A DNA stretch of 64,000 nucleotides from Octopus vulgaris (lineage: Eukaryota). Below the pieces are notes generated by a model. The model had not been told where the DNA came from. It saw only the letters and a program-made list of their open reading frames with translations, and ran no database searches. This document shows, in pieces, positions 14,531 through 33,387 of this stretch; positions within the stretch are counted from its first letter, which is position 1; each line of letters opens with the position of its first letter. The stretch spans positions 5,084,001 through 5,148,000 of the forward strand of contig OX597828.1 of NCBI GenBank assembly GCA_951406725.2, given 5' to 3'. The position numbers and the translations under genes are program-made.

Positions 14531-15774
14531 AGTAAGAGAGAGACTGAGGACAACAGCAGCTCGTAGATCAGCTGCCTCTGTGCGACCTCAACCAAATGGA
14601 TGAAAATATTAAATCTCTCAATTTTGTGATCAGTAAATGAAAACAAAGAGAATCGTGATAATCCTGCTGACAAATATCAAAGCGAATCATAATTTAAAAA
14701 GTAAATTAACAAGGGATCGGTAGAACCGTTGCACCAATGTACAATTTATAGTTCATGCAAATTGTGGGGATTGCTAATGACATTTCATTGTTATATTTCA
14801 CTGAAGAAGACTTGACTACGATCTTAGAATATTTAAGATGAAAGTTAATCCTTTATAACTGCTGTAATGTTACACTTCACAAATCAACATAAATACATAC
14901 ATACATGCATACATTCACACACATATACATACAGATATACGTACGGATATGCATGTATACATATAGGTGTATGTATTTATGTATACACACACAAAACAAC
15001 CACGCACGCACACATACACAAATATTCTATATGGTCGTATGTTAATGAACAGATAGGAGAAACAGTTCACAATACCAGAGGTGGAATTCAAATAATAATT
15101 TAGTGTCAATCAGAATAACGTGTTGAATCCCAAAGTTTACCGTCTCTAGAGAAAATATGTACCGTGTACTCGTTAAAACGACGAAAATCTGACGCCACCT
15201 TTCAATACAAATTGAATACATAGAGGTCTTCTCTGCTGCCGGGAATATTTGCGAATCCCAATGAATGCAATGAGTGTAAGCATAATAAGATTTCTACAAT
15301 AATTATAGAAAACGAAAGGCTAGAACACAACCGATAAGTTACACTAGACATCGAAGCGGAGAAGAAACAGTGTTATGTAATAAACAGTGTATACCCATTA
15401 GTCAACCACGAAAAAAGATAGGGAAAACGAAATGCAGATTATTGCACAGACTCTTGAAGTATGAAATCATCAAGTGCCGGAGTTGAATGACTAGAAAGGT
15501 CGTAAGAGTGTTTATTATGATTTAAGCCGTTGGAAACAAATCTTGGAAGATGTGATTTTAACTTGGGAGTTGGTGTACTGCAGATAACGCATCTATTATT
15601 CTCAGTAAGAGATGCATTGAAAGTCCTTGAAAGTAAGTATGTACATATATATCAAGAAAAGAAAGAATTCCATACTAGATCCACGAATGGCTCCTCATCC
15701 TACGCTACGCAAACCGGACGTAAACAGCACTACATATTAATAACTCAAACATACATACATACATACATACATAT

Positions 15775-15805
<31 letters not shown>

Positions 15806-15863
15806 CATATATACATACATACATATATACATACATACATACATACATACATACATACATACA

Positions 15864-15897
<34 letters not shown>

Positions 15898-16781
15898 CAT
15901 ACATACATACATACATGCAACATGTAATTATTGTGACATTGAGTTATGTAACACACTGCCTAAGTACCAATCTTGAAAAATTAGGCTTCTCAAAAGCAAA
16001 AAGAAGAAAGCGCGTTCGAAGATTACATATCCTAGTCATCACTGGGTCTGTAAAAGTCTATAAATCTTTCCAGAAGTTTATCCCTTAAGTACAGGTGGAG
16101 AGACCAAAAGAAACCGGAATTGTGCAATATTCATTTAGTTTTACGTGTTTACGTTTTTACCGCCTTCAAAAATCCACTGTTAGAAGCAGTCCTGGAGCTC
16201 TTGCGAAGTGAGGCATTTTAACGCCTCTGTCGTTTTTGTTCTTTACCATTCCACATCTGCAAATTCCGTAGCATCAGCTTTCTTCACCAGTGATGGCCTT
16301 CGAAAACAGGTCTAGATCCACTTCCAATTGTTCTTTCAGTTCACGATACGCATTCAGTCCTGACTGTTCTTGATCTTCTGTCAGCAAGTGAGGCACAATT
16401 TTTGCTGTAACTCTTTTCATTCGCAATTCCCCGCTCAGAATCCCTTGGCAGGAGCCCTAGTACACACACCAGCCATATCAACAAGTTCGTCAATTTTTCG
16501 GCGACAGTCCTCCAAGATCAATTTATGAATTTACATGTTTTCATTCGTTCGGGAGGTCGATGGTTGCTCTGAACGAGATTGGTCCTCAAGCGAGAAGTGA
16601 CTATTCTTACCACGTGAAAACCACTCGTAAACTTTTGTTTTGCTCATGGCAGCATCCTTGTTAGTTGTTTGAATTCTGACATGTTTTTAGGCCGCCGTTC
16701 TCCCTAGCGGAAAACAGAATTTCACGGAAGCACGCTGTCGTTTTAACCATCGTTTCAGTTATCACACAAATCGACGAGCAG

Positions 16782-21580
<4,799 letters not shown>

Positions 21581-22299
21581 GGTTAACCTTGAACAACGAA
21601 AGTGTACTCAAAATCCCTTTCACGTGTCAGACTGCAAGGTTTTATAAGATTACCTTCCGTAATGTGTCAGCTATAGTGGCTTTTGCTTGTGGGCCATTTG
21701 GCGGCGATTTACTTTAGCTCAGCAAGTGATCATGTGCATTTTACTTTCTTTGTTGCTCGAAAGACGCTAGTATCTCCTGACGTACAGTTTGGAATATGTG
21801 GACAAGTTTGCGGTGTGTACATTTGTTTTTATCAGAAACATCGCAGGAGAGACATATAACATATTGATTGTTCTGCTCTCAATATGCAATTTCGATTTAT
21901 AACTGCAAAAATATATCTTCGGTATATCCTGTGAAATTATTTGGACAAAGATTCAAAATTATGTAATATCAAGTATAAGTTACTGTTAACGAGAGGAGCT
22001 TAAGACGCCAATGACGTCTTCATTTTTTTTTAATCGTTTCTTGATATTTTATAATGCTCAGAGAGAACTACATGGTCATATTGTGCATCTAAATGATTTG
22101 TCATAGAGTTCCTTCCCTGTGTTGGTGTTTTGCTATGCAACTTTTAAGCAAAACTTATGTAGAAACATTTTAACGTGGGATTCGTCTAAGATATTGTAAA
22201 TTATGCTACAATAACTTGTAGTATTAAAGAGACTTCGATATTATGTAAATAGAGGAATTTATCTGTAAATATAATATGTTTCAGTTATTCGGCAGCCAT

Positions 22300-22360
22300 G
22301 ATTAAACTCCGAGTTTCGTATGTCGGGGCTGAAACCGACGCCGGCATCTCTTCAGTTATC
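22300..22360 (-). ncRNA. Hammerhead ribozyme motif
   Basis: Minus strand: GATAA CTGAAGA GATGCCGG...CCGACATAC GAAA CTCGGAG TT TAATC. Confidence 0.65.
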
Positions 22361-22383
22361 TGGCGATCAAACTATAATGGCCC

Positions 22384-22444
22384 GATAACTGAAGAGATGC
22401 CGGCGTGGGTTTCCGACCTGACATCCGAAATTCAGAGTTTTATC
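22384..22444 (+). ncRNA. Hammerhead ribozyme motif
   Basis: GATAA CTGAAGA GATG...CATCC GAAA TTCAGAG TT TTATC; 5-bp stem I, GUU triplet. Confidence 0.7.
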
Positions 22445-22702
22445 ATGGATGTCGAATAATTGTCACATATTATATATATATACATACATACATGTGTGTG
22501 TCTGTATGTCTGTGTGTGGTTAGACACCAATAAAGAATACGAATATATATGTGAGCCAGAATACTAGTGGTAACAGGGTCCTATCAAGACGATATCTAAT
22601 TAGCTGCACATTTTACTTGTCTGACTCCCGCTAACTGTAAATACGTGTTTGAAATTCGCACTACTCTGGAATGAATCAATAATTATATTCCCGTATGTAT
22701 AA

Positions 22703-22764
<62 letters not shown>

Positions 22765-22794
22765 TGTGTGTGTGTGTAAGTATGTAATATACCA

Positions 22795-22833
<39 letters not shown>

Positions 22834-23230
22834 GAGGGAGAGAGAGAGAAAAAAAGAGATAGATAGATAGACAGATAGATCGACATACCTACCTCACGTC
22901 AGCCATAGTTCAAGAATCAGGATAGTTTTAGCGCGAATAATATCTAGACACTTAATTACATTGTACTACTGCTCATGATGCACAAGTAAAAATTAGTGTG
23001 GCAGTAGATTTCGCATAGCAAAAGACTTAGAAAATGATGGATAACAATATAATGGGCATAGAAATACAGAGAGGCATACATACACACATAACCTTAAGAA
23101 ATTATTGTAGTGAAATTGATGGATATATAACCACCTTCACCAGTACTAATAAATACAGGAATGGTTAATTATAAAACTAAGTAGCCAGCAACAAAGCCGC
23201 TATACTATATAATAGATTGCATATATATAC

Positions 23231-23264
<34 letters not shown>

Positions 23265-23559
23265 ATAGGGATTATGTCTGAGGTTAAAGTTCTTTGTGTA
23301 ATGTTCATTTTAGGGTTAGCTTTGTGTCAGAGTGACATCGGACACGTAATTACATATATAAACACACAAACATATTTGTTGTTGTAATCAATATCGACAA
23401 ACATGATTATGAATGTGTAATACTCTTCTATGCGTTACTGAACTGGATTTAATATGAACGATTTATCGGATTGTATCCGTTCGCTTATGTATTACAGATT
23501 ACAATTTCTTTTGTGATATATTATTATATTAATTTGGCAAAATATAGGTTTATGTTTAT

Positions 23560-24600
23560 TTACTTATTTTCTCCTGGCTTTTATCTTCATCTGCTGCAAT
23601 GTACCATCCATATGGATACATTCCGAAGAACGTTTCCCTCTGGAATCCAGATATGCGACAACCATCCTCATCGTAATAATCTGCGCTAGTCAGAGTTTTT
23701 AAAAGCTAGGAATTTAAAAACTAGGAATAGTACTGTTCCAAGAATGATGGCGCTGGTAATAATCTTTCTAGATATATACAAATTTTTAAGTTGGTGATAT
23801 TGTGAGGCTTTTAGAATTCCATAGATATTTTTAACATGCCGGTTGCTCATTCTGCTTCATAATTCTTTTCCGAACTTCAAATCAAGCCAGTCATTACGTA
23901 CAACCACACTACTCAAATAGTTAAAATCTACAATGGTATCTATTATCTCTCCATCACTACAGCCAATGTGATGATTGGTTTAATCTATATACATTATTTT
24001 TATGTTTTATCAAGAAATAACTGGTGCTGTTTTGCTTTCATATTTTAATATTAGTTGCATTTGCAATCGTTAGCACGTCGGGCAAAATGCATGGCGGTAT
24101 TTCATCCGTCTTTACGTCTTGCGTTCAAATACCACCGAGGTCGACGCCGGTTCTCAGTCTTTTGGGGGTCAAGAGTCGAGGTAATCGACTTAGTCCCTTC
24201 CCCAAAACTCCTGGCCTTGTGCCAAAGTTTGAAATCTATAATAGTATAATTTCTTACGTTGTTCCTGAAGTCAACCGCTGGTACCCAACATGATCAGCTA
24301 ACATCTTGTTATCCGACCAGTGTATTTCACAATCACTTTTCTGCAAAATCTTCTCCAGCATAATCAATCACTATTGGTGATAGTTGCCTTTCAGATCTTC
24401 CCTTAGAGTATTATCAACCGTAGGTTCAATGCTATTTAAAAATAATCTGTTGAACATTATTTCATTATGAATAATATCCTTCCTTCTTCTTGCCATATTC
24501 ACGCATCTCTCTTAATCATTATTTCATTATTTCATTATGAATAGTACTCTTCCTTCTTCTTGTCCATTCACGCATCTCGCCTAACCATCAATTAAATAAA
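23560..24600 (-). mobile_element. Degenerate RTE-like LINE RT remnant, interrupted by a SINE
   Basis: Minus-strand DGEIIDTIVDFNYLSS resembles the RT thumb motif GExIExVxxFxYLGS; many stops. Confidence 0.4.
24058..24240 (+). mobile_element. Diverged Nin-type SINE
   Basis: aatcgttagcacgtcgggcaaaatgc...gcgttcaaataccaccgaggtcgac...ggccttgtgccaaagtttgaaa. Confidence 0.75.
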
Positions 24601-24844
24601 TTAATGGTAAGTCCAAGAAGAGATTACTCAATTAGAGATAAACAATTATGCTAGGGAATAATGATAAACAAATAAGTAAGAGATGGCAGGAACAATGAAA
24701 TATTGTTTAGCAATAAAATTTCACATTCATATATGACTTTAGTAGAAAGAATGTGGAAATTAAAACATCCTTTGTAACGTCGTATATCACGACTCAGCAC
24801 AATGGTGGTTGTGATTACACAGCTAAGTGGTTGTTAGAATGGTT

Positions 24845-25032
24845 TAAAATTTGGAAACAAGGTCAGATATTTCGGAGGAGGGGATAAATCGATTAGATCG
24901 ACTCCAGTGTTCAACCAAAATGATAAAAGTCAAAGTAGACCTCGGCGGAATTTGAACCCAGAAGGTAAAGACAGACGAAATGCAGCAACATGTTTTGCTC
25001 GGCGTGCCAACGACACTGTCTGTCCGCCGCCT
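24845..25032 (-). mobile_element. Diverged Nin-type SINE
   Basis: Plus-strand aaagtagacctcggcggaatttgaacccagaa...cggcgtgccaacg is the reverse complement of the SINE head and centre. Confidence 0.75.
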
Positions 25033-25947
25033 CGAGTGGTTATTATATCGACACTATGTTAGTGTCTACGTGTTAGACTAATAACTCTCGGCTGCAATGA
25101 TTATAAAGAGAGTCTATATGAGATTGTACTGACACTGCACATGTTGATGGCAATGTCATCATTTCTCTTTGTTATAAGATCATAGATTTAGGGTGGTTGT
25201 AATAACACATCTCAGCCGTAGTTGTAATGACGCAATTCAGAGCCGAATTTAGTGCTGAGTGCAATGATATCTTAGAAGAGCTTATAATGACAAAAACTTG
25301 CTACAGTTGCAATAAAACAGTAACAGATGCAATGAAACAGACAAGAGTTGGTTTAATGACACAGCATATATATATAGTGTTAATTGTATAAAAATATCTC
25401 TAAGCTTTGGTTGTCGTGACATAACAGAGTAGAGAGTTATAGATGCTATAATAGAGGAAACAGGAAATATTAATGAGAGATCAGAGAATGTAAATTCTTC
25501 TGAAACGGTTTTCTGAGAGCGCTGTCTTTAAAAAAGAGGAGATTATAAAACTTAGCATGGGTTTCCTGAAATACACCAACGAAGAACCTTACGTTTTTTT
25601 TTGTTTTTGTTTTTGTGGAATGGAGAACCGAGACGCATTTACTCACACTTCCACTGACGTCATTACATTTTGTGGTGAGGTAGAACATTCTGTGATGACG
25701 TTTCACAATTTTATATAATTATATAGAAACGGTTATGATTATACTACTCAGCTGAGATTAAATAAAAAATTTTTACTGAAACAAAAGATATATCATAGAT
25801 ATATCCATTAATCTTTCTCCATAATAGAGTAGCTATGTATGTAACTCTCTCTCTCTCTCTGTACACACACACACACGTGCGCGCGTGCACGCACAAAATT
25901 AACATGAAAGAGCAGGTTCCAATGTTTAAAGGAGAATTGTAATTGTT

Positions 25948-26561
25948 ACTAAATGTGACTAAGGTGTTAAAAAACACCTACATTGCTAGAAATAAGAGCT
26001 AAAATGTTCTAATACTGTAGTTAACACACATGAATGAAAACATACACTAAGAGGAACCATAATTGTTCGAAAAATGCCGACCGAGGCTTCTTAAGACTGA
26101 CGTCAGTTTCGGCATTTTCCGTTGCCATAATCAGTTAAGTCAGCCAGGTGTTCGGTTTTTTCCGCACCTGGTTCTCTGTTAGTAGGTGTGTTTTCGTTAT
26201 TCAAATTAATGGATGATTTAGCGATTTGCTTACGTGTTAAACGAACTTAATATAAACAGCAGGTTAAAATGTTTCCCCAAAGAGGAGAGCTATAATTGTC
26301 ACTAAATGTGACTAGAAAAAAGAGCTAAATTATAATTATATAACTATAATCTATAACAATATAGTTATATTTTTTTGGTGAAACATTGCAGCCTGCAGTT
26401 TATATTAATTTAATATAGAATTTTCGGTCGGCATTTTCCGAACAATTATGGTCAATGTTAGTGTATATGCTTTCATTCGTCTGCCTCAACTACTGCATTA
26501 GAGAATTTTAGCTCTTATTTCAAGCAATGTAGGTGTTTTTAACATCCTAGTCACATTTAGT
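25948..26561. repeat. Fold-back cassette (arms 25948-26084 / 26424-26561)
   Basis: actaaatgtgacta..aaaaacacctacattgct.gaaataagagctaaaat vs its reverse complement at 26505-26561; partial direct repeat at ~26257-26315. Confidence 0.85.
26090..26139 (-). ncRNA. Hammerhead ribozyme motif with G8-to-U substitution
   Basis: Minus strand: CTTAA CTGATTAT GGCA ACGGAAAA TGCC GAAA CTGACGTCAG TC TTAAG; perfect stems I-III, GUC triplet. Confidence 0.72.
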
Positions 26562-26948
26562 GAGTGTGTGAGCATATGGATGGGTGTGTGGGTGAAAGTG
26601 CTTGTGTAGTTGAAAATATCCCATATGCACATGTATCTAAGGGAGAGTTGGAAATATTTTCTTACAGGACTCTGAAAATTATTTTAAGAAAATTTGTGAA
26701 ATGAATTTTATGCTGAAAAAGTAATTTTTTTCATGAAAGCAATTCAGTAAATACTTTGCGTGTAAAGAGTTTCTTAAATAACTTGAATTACAAAACAATT
26801 ATCTTTGCATAAAGCAACTATCTAAATAGTCGGGTCTGACACGCAGACACACTCAAATACAAAAGTACATATGTACACACACAAACACACACACACACAT
26901 ACACACACACGCGCGCGCACATACATATACATAGATAAATAGGTAGAG

Positions 26949-27009
<61 letters not shown>

Positions 27010-28879
27010 CTTACATACATGCATGCGTACATACATACATAAAGTTAAATGATGAGATAAGATTCTTATCTCTCCACCTTGAACAAGGGGGCCCGATTTT
27101 TCCAAGTGTGCGTGTGTTGGTTTAAGGAAGAAGAAAGTTATGGAGAAGAAAGGACTGAGAAGGTACAATATTTCGTTGGTACGAAGAGGACAAGAAGAAT
27201 GCGAGAGGAGTGAACGTAAAATACATGAAGGGATGTAAGAAGGAAGGAAAGAAAGCAAAATGACACAAAAAGAAAAAAAGCGAGTGAAGCGAGAAGAGAG
27301 AAAATGAGAATAGGAAAAACAGGAGAAAAAATTTCACAACTGAGAAATAAATACATGAATAAAAATGAAATACTGATGAAAATGTCAAGACGGTACAAAA
27401 GTGGTGCAGAGTATATGATGAGGAAGTGATTAATATAAATTTGGGTTCTACTGATAGATGTGCATGCACGCGGCACTGTTTTAAAGCGTTTATGAATGAA
27501 TGGAGGGAAAAGAGAAATTCATTAGAACTTAAAGATGCTGAGAGTCCAAATATTGTGAAAATGGTGAAGTTAGCAGGAAATAAAGATTGGGAAAATCAGT
27601 CGCATGCAAGGCATGGGAGAGATAATAATGGCAAGCGGGAAATGGTGGAAAGGAAAGATATAGCTTTGATAGAAAAAGTAACACTAAGCGAGGTAAGACA
27701 ACGAGAAACGTTCGACAAGAAAATTATTCTGGATGCGAGTTCGCGTTTCTGTATGGATGCGCGTGTGTATGTGTGTGTTTGCGTGTGTATATTTGTAAGA
27801 TGAAGAGCCAGTGACAGGAAATGCATTAAAAAGGGTGGTCAGGCAAAGCGGAAGTGGCGAGAAAGAAGGCTAGTGTATGAGAAAACGTATGTATGCAGTT
27901 GAGATTATGAGTGAATTGAAAGAGAAAAAACCTACGGGTGGATATATGTTTGTGTCAGGGAGTCAGGATGTTGGATAAATGATAATATGTGTGCTATATT
28001 TACATGTTCGTAGGTATATGACTGCTGGGGGGAGATGTGGGTGGGTACACCTACATTCTCATGACGATTTGAATAGGTATGTGTGCTGGTACGCGTTAGA
28101 GTCTGAAACGGAAACAGTGGTAGAAAGAGTGGATGAAGGGAATGTTTTGTGAATGTGTGTAACCACGATGTAATGAAGATGTGAGTGTTCCGGCAGGGAG
28201 CGAATGTATGTGGAAATGCTAATGGCGTTTTGAGGACATGTGAGTGGGCGTTAATGTGCTGAGGGTTTAAGAGGTGTGTAATGGGGAGATGTGATTCTGA
28301 GTGGGGTTCATGTGTGCGGCATATACCTTAAAGTGGGGAGCGGATGAGAGGGATGGAGTGGAAGGCGAAGAAAAGTTCAAGATAATTGAAGAGAATTCAG
28401 ACCTAAAAGAGTGTTAGTTTAAAGTCCCTATTGCCTCTAGAGGCACATTATATGTGATCAGTTTGAGGTGGCCGCCTCAAAATCCAAGTTGTGTTGTGAA
28501 GAATAATCATTGGAGAAGAAATTTCAAGAGGCGGGTGACCTATTCCCATGACAGATGTCTCTGAAACTTCTGAATCAGTCGACAGACGATTCGTTCGATG
28601 TACATAAAATTGCGTGTGTGTGAGAGTGTGTGTGTGTGGGGGGGGGGGGAATGGTAAACAAGGTTAAGAAGTTGCTGGAAAAAGTGAAACAGAGGAAGAA
28701 TGCCGGACAGACTGGAAAATACCAAGAGAAAAGCAACACATTCATACATACAACATATACATAGAAGCAACACATTCATACATACAACATATACATAGAA
28801 GCAACACCACATACATAGATATATCTATGTTTCTACTTCCAGAAATTTTGAGACTTTTTCAAGAGAGACATTTAATTTA

Positions 28880-29420
28880 AAAAAAATTACAGAACTCTTA
28901 TCTACTCAAATAGGGTCCTCTGAATTCAGTGCCTTTGTTGCAACGCTCCAGACATTTCCTGAAGGTCTTAGAGAAGTCTTCGAAGGTGAAGGTGTCCAGG
29001 ACCCTTGTCACAGTCTTTAGCATTTTCCACTTCAATCATATGTCACAAGGAGCAAGGTCTGGACTGCAGCGAGAGTGAGGAACAATTTTCATGTCCATCT
29101 CTGTCAAATAGTTGGTTACCATGATAAAACTGTGGACTGGTGAATGTCCTTTTACAAATGCTCTTGTCTTACACGATGGAAGCTCTTCTTAAATCCCATG
29201 AAAATTTCCACAGTGCTTTTGGCCAGGGGGAATCGAGGGGATGAGGATGATGCCTATGTTGTAAAGAAAGGGATCATCACGAGCTTCCAGCGGAATTAAT
29301 TTTCCTGGGCTCCAGTGCCACAGAAAAATAGGTATTCGACTCATGAAAGTTAAGCAATGAGCTGTCTGAGGTATTTCATACATCTGTGGAGCGGTTTCGA
29401 CCATTTTAAAACAAATCATT
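28880..29420 (-). mobile_element. mariner transposase C-terminal remnant
   Basis: Minus-strand PVHSFIMVTNYLTEMDMKIVPHSRCSPDLAPCD (YSPDLAPxD motif). Confidence 0.8.
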
Positions 29421-29909
29421 ATTGCGTAGCTATCTTCCAAATTATTTTCACGTCCGGTATGCGTTCTACAAACAAGTCTACTGTAACAAGCAGTCTTTAA
29501 TAGGCTGTGCTCAAAGAGTTATTACAGCTGTCTCTTTCAATTTGGAGAAGCAAAACTTACCAGGTCAGCTTATTTGATGTGTAATAAGGATAAATTTAAA
29601 ATACAATAATATAGAACAATCATAATTGCCAATCCTTAAGTTTCAAAACTTCTGAAATATTTCTTGTGTGCGTATGTAAGTATGTAGTTATGTATGTATG
29701 TATGTATGTATGTATGTATGTATGTATGTATGTATGTACGTACGTATGTATGTATGTATGTAGTTATGTATGTATGTATGTATGTATGTATGTATGTATG
29801 TATGTATGTACGTACGTACGTACGTATGTATGTACGTACGTATGTATGTATGTATGTATGTATGTATTGATGGATGGATGGATGGATGTGTGTGTATATA
29901 TATATATGC

Positions 29910-30134
29910 AAGGCGGCGAGCTGGCAGAAACGTTAGCATGCCGGGCGAAATGCTTAGCGGTATTTTGTCTGCCGCTACGTTCTGAGTTCAAATTCCGCCG
30001 AGGTCGACTTTGCCTTTCATCCTTTCGGGGTCGATAAATTAAGTACCAGTTCACTGGGGTCGATGTAATCGACTTAATCCGTTTGTCTGTCCTTGTTTGT
30101 CCCGTCTGTGTTTAGCCCCTTGTGGGTAGTAAAG

Positions 30135-30137
<3 letters not shown>
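29910..30137 (+). mobile_element. Nin-type tRNA-derived SINE, well preserved
   Basis: aggcggcgagctggcagaaacgttagc...gagttcaaattcc...gtcgactttgcctttcatcctttcggggtcgataaattaagtaccag...gtgggtagtaaagaaata. Confidence 0.92.
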
Positions 30138-30175
<38 letters not shown>

Positions 30176-31001
30176 TAGATAATCCAAATAAGAAGACGAA
30201 GAAGGATGTCAACACATCTTTAATGATTATACCCTCACAAGAATTTATACACACGCACATGCACATACACAGTCATACACACATATGCACACAAGTACAT
30301 GCACACATATATAACCATAGCAAGACACACATGTTTTTATGCATTCGCACACACATACACACAGACACATATATATACACGCATATTGATATGCACATGT
30401 GTATATTTCCATATCTCTATTTATCTTTCCACCTATTAGTCTGTCTATCTGCCCATCAACCTATCTATCTATCTATTTATCTATTTATCTATCTACCCAT
30501 TTATCACTGTGTGTATACGTGTGTATGTGCATTGATATAATTGTGTCTGCATGAGAAATAATATAATAATACAACGAAAATCAATTCTCGTTAAATCTAC
30601 AATTAATGCTTCCGATGTTTAATCCTTCTGCTCTCCGTATTTTCAGCTGCACTTTCGGTTGCTGCTTTTCTACTCTGGGTTATTACACGTAAAATGAACG
30701 TTGAGCGTGTTGTTGTTTTTTGTTTTCTTTGTTGCTGCTGTTACTGCAGCTCGCATTGTTGCTGTTGCTGTTGCTACAGCTCAGTCGTGCAGCAGTCGCT
30801 GCATCTTGTAAAATCTGGTCTAATATCCGCTCAGTCTACACAAATTTGTTTCATTTTCTTTGTTTCGTTTTTTTTCTTTCTTTTATTTATATATTTTTTT
30901 TTTGTTTTCACTGATGCTGCACCTGTCGAGATAATGCAATGAAAATAACGAATATGCTCCAGATACCTATATAAATGTTACTTTCAAGAATATAAGTGCT
31001 C

Positions 31002-31163
<162 letters not shown>

Positions 31164-31478
31164 GTATATATATATAACTACGTACATATATATGTGTGTG
31201 TATATATTTATATATATATATATATACATATATCATACACACACATACATATATATAAATATACATATAATATTTGTATGCACATTTAGTTCGCTTACTC
31301 TGTCTGCCTCTCTCTCTCTCTATCCCCCTCTCTCTCTTTCTCTCTCGACGCATACATATACACATGTGCGTGTATGTGTAATCGTTTGTAAGAATATTGA
31401 GAGCAATTATTTTCTTGTAAATTCTTCGAAGAGAATCAATATTCGTAAGTGGGTTACACATACACATATGTGATTATA

Positions 31479-31511
<33 letters not shown>

Positions 31512-31641
31512 GTGTGTGTGTGTATGTGTGTGTGTCTGTGTGTATGCATTGTTTATATATGCATACATACATATGTCTATATATATATACACATACATAT
31601 GTATATATTTATACATATATAGACATGCATATATATACACA

Positions 31642-31683
<42 letters not shown>

Positions 31684-32661
31684 TATATAATACACGCACA
31701 TGTACCTTTATATTTAGTTCTGATTTTAAGAGGTTCCTTTGCACCTACTTTATTTCGTGAGTGCTCCCTGTGCGTGGCATATTCGAAAATCATCTCATTT
31801 AATAGACTGTTGTTATATTTAATGAAACTTCGTAGACTGATCCAAACGCACAATGTGCACACACGACATATACATACATAGAGATATTAACATAGCTAGT
31901 TATTTTTGCATGTTTGTGTTCCTATCTGTCCATCCATATATCCATATATGGATACTAATATTTTCGTGGTTTAGGATACGATAATTTTGGCAGAGTTTTA
32001 TAACGTTGCATGTCTGAAAGCAATCCTTCAGGTTCGGTGCATAATGCTGGACATATTTGAAGACCAGGAAGTTAGTTTAGAGAAAATATGAGAGGATACA
32101 AAATCTGTAAACCACGGATACAGGAGGATTTTCCATAGACATCTATAGAAATTTCATGCAGTTGATTTCACAATATGAATGACATTTTCACTCGCAAGAC
32201 ACACCAAGAGTTGGTTACTAGTTGTAAATGTCGGAGATCCTGACGTTTGCCTTCTGGTTCAGATGCATTTGATAAATTCAGTTGCTTATAAAGCCGAAGT
32301 TACTGCGGTGTTTCGAGATAACATAACATCTCGTTTTATGCGAAGGCAATTTTAAAAGGTCTTAATAAAAATAAGACCAGTCGTCTTTCCAAAATATTGA
32401 TAAATATAAAGCCGCTAACTTGGCTAACAATGTATGGGATCTGAAATGAAAGGCACATCACTGTTGAGACATCTACGTCATATATTAATGGATCAAAGCA
32501 ATGCAAGTCATGCCTAGTTGAAAGATCATACATTTCTGGAATATCGACAATTTCTGTCTGACGATAATTCTTTATTATCAGAAAAAGGTCAGCTGTACGT
32601 ATATATGCAGTAGAAATCATCTTTGTCTCAAACATGAGCATAATTTATACATACATACACA

Positions 32662-32740
<79 letters not shown>

Positions 32741-32873
32741 GCACACACACACACGCACGCACACACACACACACATATATATATTGGGAGAATTAAAAAA
32801 AACAAAGGACGAAGACAGGTGGTGTAGACAACAAACAGCTGTATTAGTTTAACGCTTGGAAAAATGAAGAAGT

Positions 32874-32909
32874 CTTTAACGTTTCGAGCCTACGCTCTTC
32901 CACAGAAAG
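32874..32909 (-). ncRNA. Minimal hammerhead-like motif with variant core
   Basis: Minus strand: CTTT CTGTGGAA GAGC GTAG GCTC GAAA CG TT AAAG; palindromic ACGT stem III; inside repeat 32786-32980. Confidence 0.55.
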
Positions 32910-33114
32910 GAACACAGAAAGAAACAAGGAGAAAAATAAAGAGAGAAAATAAAGAATGTGTAGTGGCTAGCGATATATCCAAAAAATGGAACAAGAACGC
33001 GACGGACGACAATACAATATCCGTTCATATCCTAGGTTTTTACCTCAAGGCTTTCACTCTACACACGCCAGCTGAACTTGATTCGTCTTTATCAGTGAAT
33101 AAACAATTGTTTCT

Positions 33115-33342
33115 TTAATAGCCAATATATACTCGGAATACTTTGAGAATTTGGCTTTAGGATCAACACCACAATAACCGACCCTATGGCTGCGATATGT
33201 TGATTACACCTTTATACTCTGGCCCCACCAGGAAGATGTCCAAGTGCTGTTACATCATGTGAACTCAATAAAGCCATCCATACAGTTCTCAATGGGAAAG
33301 GAAAAAGACAATCAGCTAGCATTCCTGGACGTATTAATACGT
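33115..33342 (+). pseudogene. Penelope-like element reverse transcriptase fragment
   Basis: IANIYSEYFENLALGSTPQ*PTLWLRYVDYTFILW...HVNSIKPSIQFSMGKEKDNQLAFLDVLIR matches PLE RT motifs (WxRYVDD, IxFTxExE, LPFLD); absent from the ORF track. Confidence 0.85.
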
Positions 33343-33387
33343 CAGTATTGATGAAAGGTCAGTATTAGTCAGGGACTGATATTATTT

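Larger units (their letters stand above)
22269..22475. repeat. Fold-back cassette (arms 22269-22360 / 22384-22475)
   Basis: acgccggcatctcttcagttatc / gataactgaagagatgccggcgt plus diverged outer arms; ends at (TA)n. Confidence 0.88.

Noticed and set aside
28731-28812. ~34-bp tandem repeat
   Set aside because: Microsatellite-derived local duplication with no spacers or structure
30640-30930. Possible minus-strand 5' UTR exon (acceptor-like ctcgacag near 30922)
   Set aside because: No convincing donor or coding frame; cannot be supported without transcripts
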